Below, piece after piece: positions 7,740 through 14,985 of a stretch of DNA of 14,985 nt; the first letter of the stretch is position 1; every line of letters starts with the position of its first letter. The position numbers and the translations under genes were made by a program. This DNA is from Octopus sinensis (lineage: Eukaryota): positions 1 through 14,985 of the forward strand of contig NW_021825614.1 in the NCBI RefSeq assembly GCF_006345805.1. Direction: 5' to 3'. The notes under the pieces are model-generated. The model was not told the DNA's origin, searched no databases, and was given only the letters and a program-made list of their open reading frames with translations.

Positions 7740-8573
7740 TTGTAACCAAAAATGCATTTTCGGCTGCAATACTTGTACCAAAATTCAGACTATTTTGGTG
7801 GAACTACACAGATAATTCATTACATGAATATTAAAAACTACAAGCTTTTAAGATCAACTGGAATCTTTCACTATAATAATGGCGTTTATAGATTCTTTTT
7901 AGGACAAGACGATAGAGAACCTACAAGCGTAACATTCAACCTTTCAAAAAAAGATATCACCTCTAAACTTGCAATTGATGTCAACGTTCACAGGGAAACT
8001 GCAATATCTTTTTATCATATGATGTTACATATTGCCGCAGTTCCAAAATTTTGCTTTCACAGTCCACCTAAGATCATAATTGCCAAATGAACAAAATTAC
8101 CTAAGAACATTAAAACCGCTAATATTTGACCAAATATTCGATTATATATTATTTCTGTAGAAAATATCATATATAATCAACTGCTCTTTTCCAAATTCCT
8201 TCGGGTTATTACGCTTTAGATGAATGATGTTCCTGAGAAAGCAATATTCGCAGGAAGGACAGTGCGATAAATATCATACAATTTCACGATTAGCTTTGAA
8301 TACATACATTCGAGAAAAAATAACCTAAGAATATTGGTGAAGTCTTCCCATAGAATACAAATTCAGTAGGAACGAAATAATCCGCCGCGGTCGAGACACT
8401 ACAGTCTAATCAAAACTGCAACCAAATCTACTTCAGATTACGCCTTATAAATGATTCCGAAAGAATTACCTATACATGATTTCGAAAGAGTTGAATCCGG
8501 TGATACCCAGCCCGAATGAAAACGAGAAACAGTTGAAGATTAGTCACGAACGTGTTTTTATAAGTTTTAGGAG

Positions 8574-8991
8574 CTTTTCTCTTTACTCTTACTCTTTTAC
8601 TTGTTTCAGTTATGTGACTGTGGCCATGCTGGAGCACCGCCTTTGGTCGAGCAAATCGCCCCCAGGACTTATTCTTTGTAAGCCTAGTACTTATTATATC
8701 GGTCTCTTTTGCCGAACTGCTAAGTTACGGGGACGTATACACACCAGCATCGGCTGTCAAGCGATGTTGGGGGGGACAAACACAGACACAAACAAATACA
8801 CACACATACACATATATATACATATATACGACGGGCTTCTTTCAGTTTCCGTCTACCAAATCCACTCACAAGGCTTTGGTCGGCCCGAGGCTATAGCAGA
8901 AGACACTTGCACAAAGTGCCACGCAGTGGAACTGAACCCGGAACTATGTGGTTGGTAAGGAAGCTACTTACCACACAGCCACTCCTACGCT
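8574..8991 (-). mobile_element. tRNA-derived SINE, family A, full-length copy
   Basis: On the minus strand the head is gcgtaggagtggctgtgtggtaag and the B-box is ggttcagttcc. It has an internal TA/TG tract and a tail ending in short agagtaa(a) repeats. It is highly similar to the pieces at 1-927. Confidence 0.92.
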
Positions 8992-9360
8992 TTCCTTTTT
9001 TTTTCCTCTACATACTCTTCCATATAAAGAATGGAGCTGCGTGTGGATATCTTATGAGGTTTTTTTTTCCTTTCTGTGAGAAGATACAATTTCCTGTTTC
9101 TCAAAACGAGACAAAAGAGCAAACTCAGAAATCATGGATGTCTACGCTGTTTTCATCGAATGCTGTTTTCTGTAACTGCTTCCCAGGCGATCGGAGTGGT
9201 GTTCCTCGCTCTCATATCATACTCGTACGCATCCGCATGCATCCGTATGAGTGCGAGTGATTATAGAGTGGGAGGGAGTGTGTGTTTATGTGAGTACACA
9301 CGCGCTCGTGTATACATATACAATGCATATACATATATGTATATACGTATATAATGTACC

Positions 9361-9405
<45 letters not shown>

Positions 9406-9425
9406 TATATATATATATATATATA

Positions 9426-9613
9426 AAAGGGAAAGTTTACGAAAATAAACAAAAGACGAAGGCAGGTGGAGTACAAACAAATGTATTAGTATAGCGCTCA
9501 GGAATAGAAAAAGTCTTTTACATTTCGAGCCTACGCTCTTCAACAGAAAGATACACAGAAAAAAACAAGGAGAGAAAAAAAATGCGTGTAGGAGCTAACG
9601 ATCTATCATCGCG
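9426..9613 (-). mobile_element. Short Penelope-like pLTR fragment inserted in (TA)n
   Basis: A ~190-nt complex island is flanked on both sides by (TA)n (9361-9425 and 9614-9627) and contains a minimal hammerhead motif. Confidence 0.65.
9514..9551 (-). ncRNA. Minimal type I hammerhead-like motif with variant core
   Basis: The minus strand reads tcttt-CTGTTGA-a-gagc-gtag-gctc-GAAA-t-GTA-aaaga. It has a 5-bp stem I, a 4-bp stem II with tetraloop and essentially no stem III. Confidence 0.65.
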
Positions 9614-10104
9614 ATATATATATATACTTAAATGTATACTTACACAAATATACGTATGTATATTCACACAAACACAGGCATATATACATATAATAGATGT
9701 ATGTGTGTGTGTTGCATCACAAATGGCAGCTGTATGAGAACTTATACCCAATTGAATTCACTACCTGCACCCTATCACAGAAGCAATACTGAAAATACTA
9801 GCTTAAGATACAAGAATAAAAGCTTGGTAGTGCTCCATCGACTCTGTCAACCGTGACACTTCACTGAAGCTTATCGATGTGCAATAAATCTATATTATTA
9901 AACAACACCTCAACACGGATGGTCATGCATTTTCATAAAGGAGGAAAGCAAAAAAAAAAAGCAAAAAAACATAACTAGCTAAAAGTGAACCGACGAGAAG
10001 TTGAGGCTGTGTATAATATAATGCACACGCGCTTATTAGCATACGTCATTAGAGGCGAAGCGATTGAGAGAATATAACCTAGACAGAAATGGTTTGAAAG
10101 CTAC

Positions 10105-10160
10105 AATAATAGTAATAATAATAATAATGATAATAATAATAATAATGATAATAATAATGA
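10105..10160. repeat. (AAT)n microsatellite
   Basis: Directly visible in the sequence. Confidence 0.9.
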
Positions 10161-10535
10161 AGTATTGAGAAGAAAGTAGAAAATGTGTCAGAGAAACATC
10201 ATAATGAAAAAGTTTTAAGTTCGTTGTGGCAATTTCTTTTATTTTACATAATACAGTTGTTTTGTTTTGTAATTTTGTTTTTTTCTTTCTTTTCTTTTTT
10301 TTTTCTTTTTTTTTTATGCTGTGTGCTGGTGTTGATGTTTTTTAAACTAAAACTTAGCTTTTAGGAAATCTGAGCTGAATCATTAATGCCCACAAAATAT
10401 AATACGGCGTGCGTCGTGTGTGTGCGTGTGTCTAGATATATATATATATATATATATTGCACTGAAGAATGGGGAGTGTGCATTGCCGTTACAGATGTTA
10501 GCACAGACGAAGAAAGAGAGAGAAAAGTTAAAGTT

Positions 10536-10625
10536 GTGTGTGTGTGTGTGTGTGTAGATAATAGATACATAGACAGATAAACAGACAGACAGAGAGAGAG
10601 ATAATAGATATAGAAATACATATAC

Positions 10626-10680
<55 letters not shown>

Positions 10681-10813
10681 ATATATATATACATACACAC
10701 ATATGTACTATATATGCATATATATTATATATATTATGTATATATATATATATATATACAATATATATTATATATACATATATATATATATGTATATATA
10801 TATCTATATATAT

Positions 10814-10862
<49 letters not shown>

Positions 10863-10910
10863 ATATACTGATACATATATGTACGTGTACGACGTGTATG
10901 TATTTATATA
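10536..10910. repeat. Compound (TG)n/(AGAC)n/(TA)n microsatellite field
   Basis: Directly visible in the sequence. Confidence 0.93.
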
Positions 10911-11363
10911 AAGAAACGAAAATGAAACACGGGTATGTGTATTATAAGTGAGTAGGGTCAATTCATAAATATGATACACACATACACACACACACACACA
11001 CAGAGATTCATATGTATATAATCATCTGTTTGCGTGTGTATAGCACATATATACAAGTAAAGATTTCAAACAGTATTTTGACTATAAATCAATGTTTACA
11101 TTCGTGTAAGTCTTTCCCTCATAGTAGGTGTATATGTTTTTGTGTGCGTGCACTCTTAATGAATAAGTTAGTCCTTCATGCAGTTTTATATTCAGATCAC
11201 CACACTCTTGGACGGCTTTGGTGAAATCTGAATTCATAATCACTGACATCTGTTGCAAGAAAAACTTCTATAATAACATATACAGGATAATTTTGTATGT
11301 ACTAAATATTTCTGTATAATGTATATGTAGATAAACGTAAACGCTACGCCCACAAACACTCAT

Positions 11364-11378
11364 ATCTCTCTATCTATC

Positions 11379-11445
<67 letters not shown>

Positions 11446-11472
11446 CTATCTATCTATCTATCTATCTATCTA
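11364..11472. repeat. (TCTA)n tetranucleotide repeat
   Basis: Directly visible in the sequence. Confidence 0.97.
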
Positions 11473-11488
11473 TATGTATATATATACA

Positions 11489-11525
<37 letters not shown>

Positions 11526-11665
11526 GTATATATATAGATATATATAATATATATATATAATTATATATATATATATATATATATACATACATATATATAT
11601 ACATATATATACATATATATATACATCTATATATATATACACACACGTATATATATATACATATA

Positions 11666-11740
<75 letters not shown>

Positions 11741-11858
11741 ACTAATGTGTGTGTATGTGTGGTGCGTGTGTGTGTGAGAGAGAGTTTTGAAACATAAAAC
11801 TCAGAATTCGATTGAATGAATACATTGTTATACACATACATACATATATACTTTATAT

Positions 11859-11920
<62 letters not shown>

Positions 11921-12083
11921 GTATGTATATATGTATATCTATGTATGTATGTATGTGTAGGTGTATGAATATAAATAAATAAATAAATATTTGCATATTT
12001 TATGTATGGTTATATATGTGTGTGTATGTATATATCTATTACATACCTTTACCATCTTCCATGCCTACGAAGTTTTATGTATA

Positions 12084-12125
<42 letters not shown>

Positions 12126-12130
12126 TGTGT

Positions 12131-12172
<42 letters not shown>
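11473..12172. repeat. Compound (TA)n/(TATG)n/(TG)n microsatellite field with short unique spacers
   Basis: Directly visible in the sequence. Confidence 0.92.
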
Positions 12173-12173
<1 letters not shown>

Positions 12174-12469
12174 CATATGTGAGAGCAGTAATGCACTTCA
12201 GTACTCTTGGCAATATCTGATTTTTATACCAGTCGTCGAATAAATTAAATACGTTTTAAAATTGCTGCTAACGTGAGGTATCTAATATTTAACGATCAAG
12301 ATCACCAGTATATCAACATTACTTCAAGTGAGATTTTTTTTTAAGATAACCCATAAAGAGAATGAATAGATAAATAACTAAATAAATAAATTCATATCCC
12401 ACGGCTGGTAATAAACACTTACACACTTTTCTCTATCAGGTTGGTTTTTCTGTGTGACATGAAATTTCA

Positions 12470-12681
12470 TGTAAAGCTGGAAGAATTGTTACCATGTCGG
12501 ACAAAATGCTTGCGCCATTTCATCCGTCTTTACATTCTGAGTTGAAATGTCACCAGGGTTGTCTTTACTATTTATCCTTTCTGGATCCGTAGAATAAGAA
12601 CCAGGTGAGCACTAGGGGCGATGTAATTGACTCACACTTTTTTCTAAATCTGCTGGCCTTGTACCAAATTATGAAACCAAT
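12470..12681 (+). mobile_element. tRNA-derived SINE, family B, diverged monomer
   Basis: aagctggaagaattgtta...ttctgagttgaaatgtcacc...tatcctttctggatccgtagaataagaaccag...tgctggccttgtaccaaattatgaaacc is colinear with the reverse complement of 7008-7220. Confidence 0.82.
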
Positions 12682-12689
12682 ATGTAGTA

Positions 12690-13266
12690 ATTTGAAAGAG
12701 ATTTGCGATCAAACGTGAAAATGACAGCTATTAAAAATAAGTTTCCCACCTTTTCTGACTTAAAAGATGTTAATTTAAAAGATATGAAAATACTGTGCAC
12801 ACATTACTGTGAATATAGTCCAAGCAGCGAGAAAGAAGTCTTCATCTCATTTTGCTGATTTTCGCTTGCATGTATATGAGGTCAAGCTGCTAGCTACTCC
12901 ATTTGATGTGGAAGTGGACATTGAATCAGAAAATTATCAAACGGAATTGATTGAGATGCAGTCGGCTGACATATTGAGGTCGAAATTTCATTCTGAAGCT
13001 GTGTCAGTATCTCACTTCTATCGAGAATAATATTCGTCAAAATGGGAAATATCCAAACTTAAGATATCCATGCAACTTTGGCGTCATTGTTTGGCAGCAC
13101 TTAACGGTTTGAGCAATTATTTTCAAAACTGAAACTCACCAAGAACCATTTGAGAACAAAATTAACTGATGCCCACCTGGATAATGTCTTGCTGTTGGCA
13201 TTATCAAGCCTAACATTTATTATTGAAGTGCTTTCAAGCAACAAATTACATTAAATTCCTCCCTGA
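12690..13266 (+). pseudogene. Decayed hAT transposase, C-terminal half (Charlie/SPIN/GTF2IRD2-like, with dimerisation domain)
   Basis: Pieces across frames: FERDL, KFPTF, HFADF..EVKLLATPF..QTELIEMQS..LRSKF..HFYRE*, GKYPNLR, and LASLFGST*RFEQLFSKLKLTKNHLRTKLTDAHLDNVLLLA..H*IPP*. These match the pattern FGSTYxCEQLFSxMKxxKxxxRSxLTDxHL...QxSH. Stops and frameshifts are present. Confidence 0.9.
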
Positions 13267-14252
13267 TGCATCGACTGTATCTGTAAAGATTAAATAATTC
13301 TACTATCAAATACATCACGTTCATAAGATATTTTTATTTTTATAAATAAGTTAATGATTCTTTATATTTTCAATATATTGGAAAGTGACTCTGAATCAAA
13401 TTAAATTCCAAGTAAATCGAATTCTTTCATTACTAATTGGTATTCTTCTCTAAGCAAAAATTATTTCTAAATATGTGACGTATATTGATTTGGTGGAAAC
13501 TTAAACTAGGCATAATCAAAATGGTTAATTTGCGTGTTTCAAATTTAGGTGACATCAATCTGGCTCAACATCCACTCCTTAATACGCAACTCGGCCAACA
13601 GAAGCAAAAAATGTATTTTGATCCTCGTTCAAATTGATAAACCCAAAGTAATGTATGAATTCCCTCCCTTGCGTTACTTGGAAATAATTACCATTCATGC
13701 TAATGATTTTTTCTAACGGTTATGATATCAATTCAGTAAATAAATAAAATCGGTAGATCAGTGTGAAAACTTTATCCTCTCAGAGTCATTATAATGTCTA
13801 GCAAGTACGTTTTTAACAATATTTCACTAAGGAGATCTAAAGCGACCCGAATATATCTGCGTTTCCTCTTTACACACAAAAGGCCCGACTCACTCCCCAT
13901 TACGTTTCTACATTTAATCTTTAATCCATACAAATTTCAGATTTCTCTCTCTTTCCTTCCTTCGCAAGAATTGTCCTTTGATTCAATAATCTTTTGGGTT
14001 CCCTAGATTGAGTCTATTAACCTGCACTTTATATGTTTTTCATACAGAAGTTACCCTACAAAATTTGCAAATTACAATGTTCAGATCTTAAAATGATTCT
14101 TCACTCATAATAGTAAGTGCCTTTCGGGTTTTTTAGTATGTGTTGTACAGACGGACATCACGTGGTTAGTATGTGTGTTATCTCAAAGGAAATTATTTAG
14201 TAACTCTAACAATGAAAACAATAGTATTATCAATTATATTGTACCAGAATAA

Positions 14253-14537
14253 GACAGTAGGTGGCAAAAACGGTAAAGTAGTGGACTAAATTCCTTGCAG
14301 GATTCAATTTCTCCTTTTATGTTCTGACTTTGTATCCTGCTAAGTCCACTTGACTTTTCATCTCTCCAAAATCGATAAAATCAATAGTGCAGCAGACTTT
14401 TGGCGAAGTGCTAGTGTGATGATAGAACTGGCTGGAATGGCAGAGTACTATAGGTACTAGTTGCATACTAAGGTCAATATATTCGATTATACCCTTTCCC
14501 CCGGATCTGAGGTATTGTGTATATGTTAGAAATCGAT
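14253..14537 (+). mobile_element. tRNA-derived SINE, family B, old copy with ~65-nt internal insertion
   Basis: ggtggcaaaaacggtaaag...tttatgttctga...gacttttcatctctccaaaatcgataaaat | insert ~14388-14453 | ggtactagttgcatactaaggtcaat..tcgattataccctttccccc..ttgtgtatatgttagaaatc. Confidence 0.65.
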
Positions 14538-14616
14538 CTTTGATTATGCTCTTTTCCCATTTGATTCATCTGTCCATGCTCGTTAAATTAAATCCAAATA
14601 TGCCCACCACGAATAT

Positions 14617-14820
14617 TTTAGTTAAGAGTACACATCTGGATATCTAACTAAGAGTACCTACCCTAGCGCTTTAATTATGAGTAGCTACTCTAAAGTTTTA
14701 GTGAAAAGTACCTACTCCATCGATTTAATTAAGAGTACCCACCCTTATTGTTTTAGTGACAAATATACTTGAAAGATTTAATCGAAAGTACCCACACTAA
14801 AGATTTAATCAAGAGTACTT
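14617..14820. repeat. ~27-bp degenerate minisatellite, about 8 units
   Basis: Units follow the consensus tttaattaagagtacc(t/c)ac.ct.a.g.; agtac recurs at a ~27-nt period, with one degenerate unit near 14752-14776. Confidence 0.85.
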
Positions 14821-14985
14821 TCCGCAGCAACATAATCAAAATTGTTACCTTACACCAACACTTGAAGTCATCGTTATGAATTCTTTTCAGAAACCACCTG
14901 TTTCACTATCTGCACTGTAGCTCGGATTTCTGTGGGATGAACCGGAAGAGCACATATCTCACCCTAGGATACATCCCTGCGTATC

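Noticed and set aside
7752-8090. 112-aa ORF in unique AT-rich DNA
   Set aside because: No motif or family was recognised and there are no convincing splice signals; it cannot be supported without a search.
8476-8958. 160-aa ORF
   Set aside because: It is an antisense read-through of the family A SINE.
8920-8991. tRNA gene (also the heads at 860-927, 5757-5825 and 7585-7672)
   Set aside because: A and B boxes are present, but there is no complete cloverleaf and each head continues into a SINE body.
10458-10500. Hammerhead candidate CTGAAGA-atgg...ccgt next to (TA)n
   Set aside because: No GAAA or NUH site follows stem II, and there is no stem I.
14617-14820. CRISPR-like array
   Set aside because: The repeats are degenerate, the putative spacers are ~12 nt and similar to each other, there are no cas genes, and the context is eukaryotic.

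Overview
This is eukaryotic, AT-rich, non-genic or intronic DNA, saturated with microsatellites and mobile-element debris. The SINE families and microsatellite density suggest an octopus (coleoid cephalopod) genome; this is an inference from recalled repeat sequences, not a search. No intact host gene is supported, and almost all ORFs in the track are microsatellite or antisense artefacts. Supported content: (1) three copies of a ~400-bp tRNA-derived SINE (called family A here) and four loci of a shorter tRNA-derived SINE (family B), one of them dimeric; (2) a ~170-bp-arm inverted repeat nested in the (TA)n of a SINE, each arm carrying a Penelope-type minimal hammerhead ribozyme, plus a separate minimal hammerhead at ~9.5 kb; (3) a decayed Penelope-like RT/GIY-YIG ORF on the minus strand; (4) three fragments of an R4/Dong-like LINE of the restriction-like endonuclease (REL) type; (5) a decayed hAT (Charlie/SPIN/GTF2IRD2-like) transposase 3' half; (6) a Tigger/pogo-like end remnant; (7) a 27-bp minisatellite. 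Two observations stand out. One is the head-to-head hammerhead palindrome. The other is a 22-nt fixed-spacing 3' motif (GCC-N14-GAAAC consensus) shared by the R4-like LINE 3'UTR and the 3' ends of both SINE families, suggesting an REL-LINE/SINE partnership.
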